Origin: Trypethelium eluteriae
Taxonomy: Eukaryota
Assembly (NCBI GenBank): GCA_051942245.1
Contig: JAVECL010000050.1
Span: forward strand, 53,865-73,864
Length of the DNA stretch: 20,000 bases
Direction of reading: 5' to 3'
In this document: positions 8,948 through 20,000 of the stretch, in pieces
Layout: the number at the start of each line of letters is the position of its first letter
Position numbering within the stretch: the first letter of the stretch is position 1
Position numbers and translations under genes: made by a program
Notes under the pieces: model-generated
The model's database searches: none
The model's input: the letters and a program-made list of their open reading frames with translations, nothing else
Told to the model about the DNA's origin: nothing

Positions 8948-11900
8948 ATGAGCTCGGTTACTGACGAGCAGCCCGAATGGACTGCTCCGAAGGTCCGTAG
9001 CACGTTTCTGGACTACTTTGGGAAAAATGGCCACACATTCGGTATTACATTGATATTCAAAACCTGTGGAAGCATTCATTGATTTGGATCTTTCATAGTT
9101 CCCTCCTCATCAGTTGTCCCTCATAATGATCCCACTCTTCTATTCGCGAATGCGGGCATGAACCAATTCAAGCCAATTTTTCTTGGCACCGCTGACCCTG
9201 GGTCTGACTTCGCAAGCCTGAAACGTGCTGTCAACTCGCAAAAGTGCATTCGTGCGGGTGGAAAGCACAACGATCTGGACGATGTTGGGAAGGACAGCTA
9301 CCACCATGTATATCTAACTCTATCTTGTCTTACCCCCAATTTTGCTGACTATTTGATAAGACATTCTTCGAGATGCTCGGCAATTGGAGCTTTGGTGACT
9401 ATTTCAAGGAAGGCGCCATAAAGTTTTCGTGGGAGCTTCTAACCAAAGTGTTTGGTCTAGAACCGAACAGACTCTACGTCACTTACTTTGAAGGCAGTCC
9501 AGCAGGTGGCCTCGAGCCTGACTTAGAGGCCAAAGACATATGGAAGTCTGTCGGGGTCGCTGATGACCACATCTTGCCCGGTAACATGAAGGACAATTTC
9601 TGGGAAATGGGTGAACAAGGGCCATGCGGTCCCTGTAGCGAGATTCACTATGACAGAATAGGTGGTCGAAACGCCGCACATCTCGTCAATCAAGACGACC
9701 CAAATGTCCTAGAGATCTGGAACAATGTCTTCATCCAGTACAATCGAGAGCTAGATAAGTCACTCAAGCCATTACCAAACAAGCATGTGGATACTGGATT
9801 GGGCTTCGAACGATTAGTCTCAGTCTTGCAGAACAAGATGTCGAATTATGACACTGATGTCTTCACACCCCTTTTCAAAAGTATTCAAGGACTTACTGGA
9901 AAACGGGAGTACCAAGGCAAGTTCGGAGATGATGACGTAGATCAAATCGACACGGCGTACAGAGTAGTAGCAGATCACGTCCGCACACTTTCATTCGCCA
10001 TCACCGATGGAGCTGTACCTGGTCCAACTGGCCAAGGCTATGTTGTACGAAGAGTCCTCAGGAGAGGTGCGCGGTACGCCAGAAATAAGCTCGATGCCGA
10101 GATCGGTAACTTCTTCTCACGCCTTGTACCCACACTGGTGGAGCAGATGGGCGGCATGTTCCCACAAATCAAACAACAGGAAGCTGAATTGAAGGAGACC
10201 CTTGACCAGGAAGAGAAATCTTTTGCTCGCTCGTTGGACCGCGGAGAAGCACAATTTGAGAAGTATGCCCAGCAAGCAAAGCAATCTGGCTCGAACAAGC
10301 TTCCAGGATCGGATGTCTGGCGCTTGTACGATACGTATGGATTTCCTGTTGATCTTACCAAGCTCATGGCTGAGGAGCGGAAGCTCACAATCGATGATAA
10401 GGAGGTCGTAGAGGCACAGGAAAAGGCTCGTGAGGCGAGCAAGGGTGTCAAGAAGGAGGGAGAAAAGAAAGTTGAGCTTGATACGATATCTCTTGGGAAG
10501 CTTCAGAAAATGGAAGAGGTGCCTGAGACTAACGACATGGCTAAGTTCGAAAAGGGCGATATCACCGCAAAGGTGACGGCGCTCTTTTATGCAGGGAATT
10601 TTCCCAAAAGCTCTTCCGAGATACCCGAAGGCGAGCAATTCGGCATTGTTCTTAACCGGACTAATTTCTACGCTGAGCAAGGTGGTCAGGAAGCTGATAC
10701 TGGGAAGATCTTAATAGATGGCGCAGCAGACTTCGATGTTCATGATGTCAAAATAAAAGCTGGATATGCGCTTCATACTGGGTATCTCAAGTACGGAACA
10801 CTGTCAGTGGGGGATGAAGTCATTTGCGAATTCGATGAAGAGCGCCGAGATCCGATTCGTAAAAATCATACGGGCACACACGTACTGAACTATGGTCTAA
10901 GGGAAGTTCTTGGCGATGGGGTACATCAGAAAGGATCGCTTGTGGCCCCTGATCGTCTTCGATTCGACTTTTCTCATGGCTCTGGCGTTGCCGATAAGGA
11001 TCTCGAGAAGGTGGAGGGTATCTGTACAGACTACATCCGCAAGAATGGCGAAGTCTTCGCCAAAGATGTGGCTCTTGCTACCGCCCAGGAGATCGAGGGT
11101 ATACGCGCCGTCTTTGGCGAGAAGTACCCCGATCCTGTCCGTGTTGTCTCCGTTGGGATGCCCGTCGAGAAATTGGTCGAAGACGTCAAGAATCCGGAAT
11201 GGCGAAAATACAGCGTTGAGTTCTGCGGTGGCACGCATGTCGGCAAGACAGGTGAAATTAAAGAGCTTGTTATCGTGGAAGAGAGTGGTATCGCCAAAGG
11301 TATTCGTCGTATCATCGCCTTCACTGGCCAGGCCGCGTACGACGTGCAGCGCCAAGCTTCGGAACATTCATCCCAACTCGATCGCCTCCAAAAAATGCCT
11401 CATGGGCTGGAGAAGGAGCAGCTCGCTAAGAAGACGCAAGCCGAGCTCAACGAAGCGAATATTTCTGCAGTCACAAAGACAAAGCTGAAAGAGCGCATGG
11501 CAAAGATTGCAAAATCGATCTTGGAAGAGCAGAAGGCAGCAGTCAAGAAGCAGAACAAAGAGGTCCTTGAGAACATCGATAATTACTTTACGACGCATGC
11601 TGGTAGCAAGACGCTTGTGTTGCGTGTACAGTATCCGAAAGCAGTCAACGAAGCGCTTAAGGAGATCGGCAAGAAAAAAAAGGACAAGAGTGTGTACTTG
11701 ATGTCTGCGGACGAAGTTGAGGAAAGAATCGTGCATGGATGCCATGTCGCTGAAGTAAGTTTGACAGGACAGTGAACCATACATCTCAACAAAAGGTTAA
11801 CAAACAATGCAGGATCTTAACAAAGTAGGAGCATCTGCATCTGGCTGGACTGAGAAAGTCTCATCCATCGTCGGAGGCAAGGCTGGTGGAAAAGGTGCAA

Positions 11901-11986
11901 CAAGCGTCGGAAACGGAACTCACCTGGACAAAATAGACGAAGGACTGGAAAGTGCGAGGAAGTATCTTGAGCAGTTCCAGCTCTAG
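8948..11986 (+). CDS. ALA1: Alanyl-tRNA synthetase, ~956 aa from ATG 8948. Exons 8948-9041, 9099-9307, 9361-11754, 11813-11986; in-frame upstream ATGs at 8726 and 8756
   Basis: Class II AlaRS motifs [66 protein letters not shown] and LYDTYGFP. Editing-site motifs NHTGTH and EFCGGTH. C-Ala GGKAGGKG. All three GT-AG introns (9042-9098, 9308-9360, 11755-11812) restore the frame; stop TAG at 11984-11986. Confidence 0.98.
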
Positions 11987-12247
11987 ATCTCGTCTTATTT
12001 CGTCCTTGGGACTGAGAATCTTCCCCGTAGTGACAGATAGGTAATGCAACTGTGCTGCGAGGCAAGTGCACTCCAGGGTAGCTCACCGCGTTCACTGCGA
12101 ACCTAGCTCAACTACGAGCCTTTTCCTAACTTTATCAAGATTTCAGACCAGGCTTCTCTGAAGGATTCAGGGCATTTAATACATCAAGCAATTTCCTTGA
12201 CGCTCACAGCGTCTCTTTGTATATACTGAAACAGCTCATCTTTCAAT

Positions 12248-12586
12248 ATGCCTCACTACAGTCAGCTCCCAAGGACCAGACCGCTAATCCACTTCATTCT
12301 GCTATCCGTCCTTGCCTGTGGCATCCACCGCGCACTCCTCAGAGACGATAGCGGGGCCTGTGCACAGTCCTCTGTATCTTCAGAGACCTCACGCAGTCCG
12401 TCTCCCACTTCCCATTTTCAGCTATCGTCACAGGCTGCATCATCTGTCGATGATATTGACTGTCGTATAGTGATAAAGCAACCTAAACTTAGCCCATTCA
12501 GCGTGCTCCACTCCGCAAATGTACCGAAGCACTCACAGACCATCACCAAACATATCTTTGTTGGAGTGAAGGAGGGAGACGAATAA
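12248..12586 (+). other. Possible orphan ORF (112 aa) or degenerate gene remnant
   Basis: ATG in reasonable context (TCAATATG) with a TATATA-like element about 28 bp upstream, a hydrophobic N-terminal stretch (LIHFILLSVLACGI) and a Ser-rich tract. No recognisable family. Confidence 0.2.
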
Positions 12587-13145
12587 GGCAAGGGGGTCAT
12601 TCTCGTTACAAGGCCTACAAAGGAGTAATTAAGCCAGAGAAGGAGAAAGATACGTGTACGAGTGCTTGCAAATTAGGGACTAGGGTTAATTTTATCTACC
12701 TCCAATTACTTCCCAGAGTTTACTCTGTGATCCGCATGCTTCTCACCATAGACAGCTGTCTTTTCCACGGGCAGCTTATCTGTACACTTTACCCTACGAT
12801 TCGACAGGCTCGAACATATGAACTCCCTTAAAGGCCCGGTCTCTCAATTGCCATGCTTTTTAATAGCCTTAAAACGCACCTTATGTAGCGACGATCAACC
12901 AGAGGAGGTGCATTGGAAGCAAGATGTATGCGCAAGAGTTGCGGAAGGTTGAAGCTTCTGTGGGGTATTATTGCTCTGGACGAAGGTAGGTAGGAAAAAC
13001 TGCATTTAATTTATTCCCGTCCAGCGGCCTTACTAGGTCATTAATAACTCCCCCGACCTGAAAGCTATGGAATCAATGTCTATACCAAGTATTCATGTTT
13101 TCCAGAAATGTCTATCTTATCTTACATATGTTATGAATTTATACA

Positions 13146-13880
13146 TTACTTCCTCTTCAACCCTTGTAAAGCGTTCGAGCCCTTAGTCCAGAGTGCCTTC
13201 ACGGGTTGTGCAACTTTTCCCGCAGCAGTGGCTCCCGTGGAAGACGTATTTGGCTGTCTTGAAGAAGGCGATTGCATCTCAAGGTCTTGGTCTTGAGCTT
13301 GCGCTGGCTTTTGCGTGTTGCTCGGCGGCTGGTACAGGGGCGGAGAGTCGGAATTGTATGCTGGTTCCATCATTTAGCATGTCACGTCTGTCATCCGAAC
13401 CACTTTCCATATTACATACCAGGGGGAGCATTGAAATTGCCATAATAGCTATTGGGGTCCGTGGCAGAGTTGTATTGCCGTTGAGGAGGCGGATGAGGGT
13501 TCTGCATAGATGGGCGATCCGTATATCGGGATACCATCCACTGTGGAAGAGTCAATCACCACGATGCTCCAGTGGACATGCCATGGTCAGTAACTTACTC
13601 GGTGGTACCGCAGAGGAGGCAGATTCTTCTTTATTCGCCTCCTGGCGTGAATGTAGCCGATTAAGAGATAGGAAAAGAAAGCCAAGAACAGTCCACCGAG
13701 AATCGCCCATTTAATAATAATAGCAGTCTGCATTCAATTAGCTTGTTCTAAGACTGTATGTACCGTCCTTGGATTTACCGTTGAAAACCACCAAGATACA
13801 TGACCATCGCAATCGTCAAATTCGGGATTACAGGAAACAAATGCCTGCCGCGGATCTAGAATTTTACTTTGGTCGAACAT
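13146..13880 (-). CDS. RCR-family (Rcr1/Rcr2-like, Congo-red resistance / chitin regulation) single-pass membrane protein with PY motifs, ~188 aa. Exons 13880-13779, 13727-13599, 13540-13420, 13360-13146
   Basis: Spliced product: MFDQSKILDPRQAFVSCNPEFDDCDGHVSWWFST|TAIIIKWAILGGLFLAFFSYLLIGYIHARRRIKKNLPPLRYHR|WMVS...NAPPA|YNSDSPPLYQPP... Three canonical introns (GTAAAT..CAG, GTAAGT..CAG, GTATGT..CAG) of 51-59 nt keep the frame. It has one TM helix followed by a basic stop-transfer segment, then PPAY and PPLY motifs. Confidence 0.85.
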
Positions 13881-14351
13881 TTTGTGAAAGGTCCAGATGA
13901 AAAGAGAAATTGAAAAAGTAGAAGGATCTGAAAATTTTGGGAATCAAAAGCTGCCCAGATGAAAGTGGGCATGCTTGACTTTCATTCAATTGTGCGGCGG
14001 TGCTGGAACGTTGAAGTCCCGAGCCTGCAGCGCTTGACATGAGGCCGAACGCGCCGCGTCTCAGAATATTCTGCGACACTCGACATCCCAGATCGCCACC
14101 GCCTTTACGAACCGTCGAATGAAAGGATTGTCTTGATGAAATATTGCCAGCTTCTGGCGATCAAAATCTTGAGAAGGTGGAGAAGTCCGGTCGCGGGAGT
14201 GGTTTTGGATGACCTTCCGTATAATCAATGCACGTCCTGGTCTTGATCGGGGGCAGAAATCCAACAAAATTTAGACGTGAAAAGCTTATGATGCCAATCA
14301 CTCGTATTGCGTCGTGACGTTAAATATCTGTTGCTGGACAAATCACAGATA

Positions 14352-15303
14352 TCATAAGAATCCTCCCCCTGAGAATCGCGAGCCAAAACCTGCTGCGCGA
14401 TTCAACATCTCTTTGCGCTGCGCATGTCCTATCTTCGTACCCCCAGCAATGTCTTTCTCCCTATCAAACGCGCGCTTACTTGGGTCGTCTTCCTTGTCGG
14501 TTCCAACCTTCCGGCGGTGCTCATCGTATAGCGATTTTCCACGAGACTTCTCCTGCAAATCACGTCAGTCCCTGAGACACTTGTGTGGAGTAGAAGGCGT
14601 TTGGGCGACTGCTCTGACATTATGTTCCCGTATCCTTCTCGCAGTGTCCTTATCCTCCTCATCGCGCTTGTTGCTACTGGCTGAAGCAGACGATGCTGAG
14701 TGATGTTCGACACCCATAACCTGATCCGCAAGCCTTTTACGCTTCTCTTCCGGTGTTTCTGTCCAGCTGGCATCTATTGTACCTCCATTGCTAGACGCTG
14801 TAGCTCCCTTGCCTGTATTGAATTTCCGTGGTCGCGCTCTGGTGGGGTCCATTCGTGCGGCCAAGCCATCTTCCTTTGGCGGTATCATCATCCAATTGTC
14901 ACGCTGTATGCGACTCTGGTCCGCTGATGTATTGCCATCTTCCTGCTGAGGCACCTCTGACGTGATAATCTATTGGCCTTAGTGATCGATACCGAGAAAT
15001 CGTGCGAGGATTGCATACCTCTGTCTGCACTTCTGAGGGAGCAGTTGGGCCATAGTCGTCATCACTGTCGCTGTCTTCCCCACTCAGAGGAGCATCGGCC
15101 GACTTGGTAGGCTCCTCGTCAAGAGAAGCAGGAGGAGCAGCAGCGGGACCTGCAACTCGTCTACGTTTTTCTCCAGATTCCGAACTGAATAAGTGGTGAG
15201 GGCTTTGGGACGGAGGTACATCTTTGACAGTTTCGACTTCGGTAGCCTGGCGTTTTCTTTTCGCTAGTAAGTGGGGTGGTAACTCGGGGCCTATTTCAGG
15301 CAT
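14352..15303 (-). CDS. DUF3752 / GPALPP-motif-containing protein 1-like, ~278 aa. Exons 15303-15019, 14969-14619, 14552-14352
   Basis: Motifs IGPELPPHLLAKRKR, DSDSDDDYGP, QRDNWMMIPP, WTETPEEKRKRL, RGKSLYDEH, DDPSKRAFDREKDI and C-terminal FGSRFSGGGFL. Introns 15018-14970 (GTATGC..CTAAG..TAG) and 14618-14553 (GTCAGA..CTGAC..CAG) are both phase 0. Confidence 0.9.
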
Positions 15304-15723
15304 TGTCGTTAAGCAAAGACCGGAGTGGAGAACGTTGCGAAGAAAGCTCGGCGCATGAAGTCACATATATCAGATAAATCATAAACACCTTGGAACTATT
15401 CTGCCGCGGCTCTCCGCCTCTTGGAGAAAGATACCCGGGCAGTACGTATTCCGTATTTGTTAGATAACTCAAACCGACCTCAGCGACGACGCAGTACCTT
15501 TTTCCCTAGTGTCTACGCTCGCGACGGCTCTGAAGCCTGCTAATAATTTCCGTCAATATCATTTATCCCAGACTGCGCCATCGACGTCCCACGAATACCT
15601 CTCTCTCTGCTCGACACTTTGTGCCTTAGTATCGCATAGGCGAAGGCCTTAGACCACAGTCTTAGAAAGACAATTCGAAGACCAAAATGAAATTGAAGTT
15701 ATGAGAACACGAGAAGAAAGCAG

Positions 15724-18700
15724 ATGAGCGCCAGTTCCGACGGTAGTGGGGGAGGGGGCGAGAACGAAGATGAAGTTGCAGACGAGCTGGCACGGGAACA
15801 AGACCTAAGACTATCCAGATGGACTGAGGTGGATGAAGAGTATGTCCAAAGAGATGATGCTAGAGAACAAGAACGAACCCGCGATGAAGGGTTCGATCGG
15901 GCCCAGAAGGACGACGGTGACAAGGTAGATTTTATCGGCTCCGGCTCTCTTGCAAGCCCAAATGAATCACTGTCTATTCCGGACGATACTCCATCAATTC
16001 AAGGCTCTCTTTGGTCGTCACCGGGTAGCAGTGTTCCCGCATCGCGCGCGACTGTTTCCAGGACAGCCTCTGGCCCTTTACAGCCTTTCGACAGGCGGTT
16101 CCAGTCGCGCCTGTCCTCCTCGCCTTTACAGTCACCTCGCAATATATCACCGGCCTTTCTGTCGCCGGGGTCCCGCCAGTCATCCTTGTCATCGAACCTG
16201 CCGAGGTCTGGTGGGGAGCAAGACGGCGAAGCAGACACACCACAAGCGCCGTGGGAGGTTGTCAGATGGTCTAAACTCAGAAAGTTAAGTGGACAAATAT
16301 TCTCAGAAGTAGGGAAGCGTAACTTTGGACGCCCAACATGCCTGGCTGTCGCAGCCTCGTTGGTGGTCGGGACCTCGAAGGGATACATACTGGCTTTTGA
16401 CTATCAACAGACACTCAAGGTTATAATAGGACCTAACACACAAGGTAATGCTCCGCCAAAAAAGTTTCTGAATCATGGCGCTAAGTGGCTTTAGCCGCTG
16501 AAAGTGGCAGTGTGACATCTATCGCCATTTCTGCAGACTACTCTACGGTTGCTGGTGGACATGCCACCGGGAATATCTTCACATGGGAGCTTGCTAGGCC
16601 TGTTAAGCCTTTTCTACATATTCTGCCCGTTGATCGCTCTTTGATGGACAAGCCGCACGCAGACGGACACGTATCTGGAAGTGCGATCCTGCATATGGCA
16701 TTCTTAGGTACTAGGCATACTGCACTGGTGTCTGCTGACGATGGAGGAATGGCTTTCTCCCATCTTGCCACAAGAGGACTTGGGCCTGTAGCTCGATCTG
16801 TCAGGACAACTCGCATCCTCGGACGCTATCCTCCGGGGCCGCAACCAGAAGACAAACCGCGAAAACCAAGCTCAGTACTAGCTTTCTCGGCATTACCGCT
16901 TGGAAATGTTGAGAGACCTACAGACACGATGGGCCTCACTGCGTTGCTTACTCCGTATCTCCTCGTCATCGTTTCAACGACTCCTGTGGCTCAGACGCAG
17001 CACAAAGCTCCAAGACCAAAAGAAATCGCACCACATAGTGCCTTGAGCGGCTGTCTCGCGTGGTTCCCTGCTGTTAAACTCAGAGGGCAGACTAATGAAA
17101 GATCCCCAGCCCATACACTCACAAAATTAGTCTACTGCTGGTCGAATGTGCTTACAATCTTGGATGTGGAAGACACCGAGAAGCAAGCCGACTCTGAGAA
17201 GGACAAGCCGCCGACTCTACACTTCCACCCGAGAAGTCGATGGCGGAACGAAGAGGCAATCGTTGCAGTACAGTGGTTAAGTAGATCCGTGCTTGGTGTT
17301 CTTACAATAAGTCAACGTCTATTGATTCTTGAAGATGAAAGCCTGCGAGTGACCGATTCTTTCGACCTCTTGTACAAACATATTTACCATCATGATCTAT
17401 TTTCTCAGCAATTACAGCCAGTTGTGGATAATCTTGATGAAGATGAGGCTTCTTTGCATGGCGTTGTCGCAGATGCATTTCACATGAGTTTTCGAGCGTA
17501 CAAAGGCCGGCTATTTTTACTTGGATTCAACGATATTTCTATTGGGACTTTATCAAACTGGGCGGATAGACTATTGGCGCTCATGGAAGAAGGCGACTTC
17601 ATAGGCGCAATTTCGCTTGCAACATCGTACTACACCGGTGACACTGACAGGCTCACAATTGGACTACCCGAGGAGGATAGCGCACGACACTCAGTTGTCC
17701 AGGAAAAGCTGTTGGATATGATATCTGCCTCGACCAAATACCAACTGGCACGTTCAGGAAAGGTCGAAACAGACGAGTCACAGCAAACGCAACTACAGCA
17801 GCTAACTGTGGAGAGTCTCAATGCTTGCCTTAGCATGAACCAGCCGAACTTCCTGCTGGAAGACATCTATGAGCAGTATGAAGAAGCCTCTTGCGAACCC
17901 GTCCTTCTCGAAGCCTTGGAGGCCGCTATATTGGAAGGGCAGCTTACAATGCTACCCCCTACAGTATTCAAGGACCTCATTACACATTTCACCTCAATTG
18001 GTCAGGATGCCCGGTTGGAAGAAATGATCTGTCGACTTGATGCGAGAACTATCGATATTGACTCAGCAACGACTCTTTTCAAGCAACATAATCTCTATGA
18101 TGCGCTCATCCATGCCTGGACGCAGGCAATTGGCGACTACATTACTCCGCTTGTCGATCTTCTATGGTTGGTCAAGATCGTGCAAAACGATGATCAGGAG
18201 GGTTCAGATGCTCCCATTTCAATATATCTAGAGTCCGCCATGAAGGTCTTTCCATACCTTGCATTTGCCCTTACGGGGCGGATCTATCCAGGTGGGGAGA
18301 ATCTTGCTGAAGCGGCTGCCGCCAGAGCTCAATCCGAGTTGTATCATTTTCTGTTCTCCTCAAAAGTGAAGGAGTGGCCAAAGGAGAGTGGTAAGGTAGT
18401 TCGCACTACAAACGAAGATGCCCAAGAACTCAGTTTCCCCTACCTTCGACTCCTCATTCATTTTGACACTAGCAGCTTTGTGAGCATGCTTAACGAGGCA
18501 TTCGAAGACGGCTTTTTGAACGGCGACCATGAACAGCTACCGAACGGACATGCTCATGATCATGACGCCGGTCAGGATGATGATCCAGGGCCGTCGGTAA
18601 CCCGCCAGTATATCATTAGTGTCTTGCTCGGAATCATGAATCCTCCGGAATTTTCAGCAGACAGCATCATCTTTCTCAACATGTTCATAGCACGCAACCT

Positions 18701-20000
18701 ACCCAAATTTCCTCAATTTATCTTGCTTTCTGGCTCCCAGTTGCATAAGATCCTTCTCGGCCTATGTCAGTACCCAAGTCTGGAACTAGCAGCTGATTGT
18801 CAGCTCAGTGTGGAGTACCTCCTGTCGTTCTACCACCCGTCAGATCTCAACTCGCTCATTCCACTGTTCAGAAAAGCAAGATTTTATCGGGTTCTTAAGT
18901 CCGTGTACAAATCCGAAAAGGAATTCGCTGACCTTCTCGAAACGTATTTTGAGGACCCAGAAGATCGTGACAGTGTGTTCACTTGTATCGGGGACTGCTT
19001 CAGGGCGAATACTGGGTTGAGTAAAAAACAAAGACAAGCGTTGGAATCCGTCATGGTCGGTCATGCAAAGGATCTAGCAAGTATTGATACAGTGAGAGCA
19101 GCCAAGGTCATTAAGGACTATGCGCCTGACATACTGCCCGCTATGCTCGATGCTTTCGACGATTCTCAGACTCAGTACCTCTTTTTACGTACCTTCCTTG
19201 AGCCCAGTGCCCATATTGTTTACGGGAATGAGTCTGTTCCTTCAGTATTGCCCTCAGAGCTCGTTGAACGCTATGTACGGCTTATGTGTCGGCACAATCC
19301 GACGCATGTCGCAGACTACATCACTCTGCTCAAATCTGGAGATCTCCAGCTTGGCAATGTTCTATCCGATATGGAAAAGGGCGGAGTTATTGACGCCGCT
19401 GTTGTCCTCATGGCTCGTGACGGCCTCGTGCGCGAAGCTATGGACCGCTTAACAAGACATCTTGGAACGCTAGGTACCGCACTTAGCGGGCTTTTAGATG
19501 CTGCGTCAGACAGTCCAGATGCTGACAATACAGAAGAAGCCGCGGAGGACCTCTTGGAAGCGGTCGAAAAATACGCCAAGGTTGGTATTTGGCTTTGTCA
19601 AAGCCAGAGCAAATTGAGCAATAGACCGGCACGCCCAGAGAGAAAGCAAAGCTTACAAGTCCGAGAAGAGGACCTTGCTTCTGATGAGCTGTTGTGGCTG
19701 GATCTCCTCGACGCCGTCTTCACCGTCACGCAACATGTCTCTACCTCGGTACGCCAGGCTAGCCCTGAAACCACGCCTAACACGATCCATAGAAATCTCG
19801 ACATGAGCAAAATGACGACCAACCTTCGAAATACCACTCAACAAACGTTCACCGCTCTCCTCGCTACATTCGCTACCCCATCATCCGGAACCATCAGACG
19901 CCGCCAACCCTCGCAGTCCCCGTCCCAGTCCCATTCCCGCTCTCGTTCCCGTTCTCGTTCCCGCTCGCAATCCACCTCCTCCCGGCTCCAGGCCCGTCCC
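15724..20000 (+). CDS. VPS8: CORVET complex subunit Vps8, truncated by the window end. Exons 15724-16444, 16495->20000
   Basis: Acidic/Ser-rich N-terminus, then PWEVVRWSKLRKLSGQIFSEVGKRNFGRPTCLAV. Intron 16445-16494 (GTAATG..CTAAG..TAG) leads into WD40-like VTSIAISADYSTVAGGHATGNIFTWE and later FLGTRHTALVSADDGGMAFSH, LSNWADRLLALME and HNLYDALIHAW. The frame was open wherever I checked it, up to base 20000. Confidence 0.95.
19935..19967 (+). repeat. Degenerate hexamer repeat (TCYCGY)5 encoding (SR)5S within VPS8
   Basis: tcc cgc tct cgt tcc cgt tct cgt tcc cgc tcg in the VPS8 reading frame. Confidence 0.85.

Noticed and set aside
10038..11807. Long antisense and alternate-frame ORFs over ALA1 (similar ones overlie FAN1, DUF3752 and VPS8)
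   Set aside because: These are shadow ORFs of real coding sequence, with no recognisable motifs.
12673..12690. Telomere-like TTAGGGACTAGGGTTAA
   Set aside because: Only about two imperfect units; not an array.
13193..13714. 173-aa plus-strand ORF
   Set aside because: It has a GTG start, lies antisense to the well-supported spliced RCR-family gene, and has no protein-like features.
13864..14079. Minus-strand ORF overlapping the RCR gene start (possible uORF)
   Set aside because: The TSS is unknown and most of it probably lies in promoter sequence; there is no independent support.

Overview
Gene-dense, intron-containing eukaryotic DNA from a filamentous ascomycete (Pezizomycotina), judged from short GT-AG introns with CTRAY-like branch points and the fungal protein families present. 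Eight spliced genes can be modelled by hand: (1) a 5'-truncated Dal5/allantoate-permease-type MFS transporter (+); (2) a 3-exon, ~547-aa gene (-) whose N-terminal domain carries R / S-x-T / E motifs of the ADP-ribosyltransferase toxin fold (DUF7587-like); (3) FAN1 VRR-NUC nuclease (-); (4) a conserved fungal hypothetical protein (-); (5) alanyl-tRNA synthetase ALA1 (+) with a possible mitochondrial N-terminal extension; (6) a 4-exon RCR-family PY-motif membrane protein (-) largely missed by the ORF track; (7) a DUF3752/GPALPP1-like protein (-); (8) VPS8 (+), which runs off the 3' end. I found no RNA gene, CRISPR array or recognisable transposon. The most notable observations are the toxin-like ART gene at the edge of a housekeeping block, an AlaRS in which the Asn implicated in G3:U70 recognition appears replaced by Pro, and a chain of ATGA-overlapping uORFs leading into the VPS8 start. 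All family assignments come from remembered motifs, not database searches.
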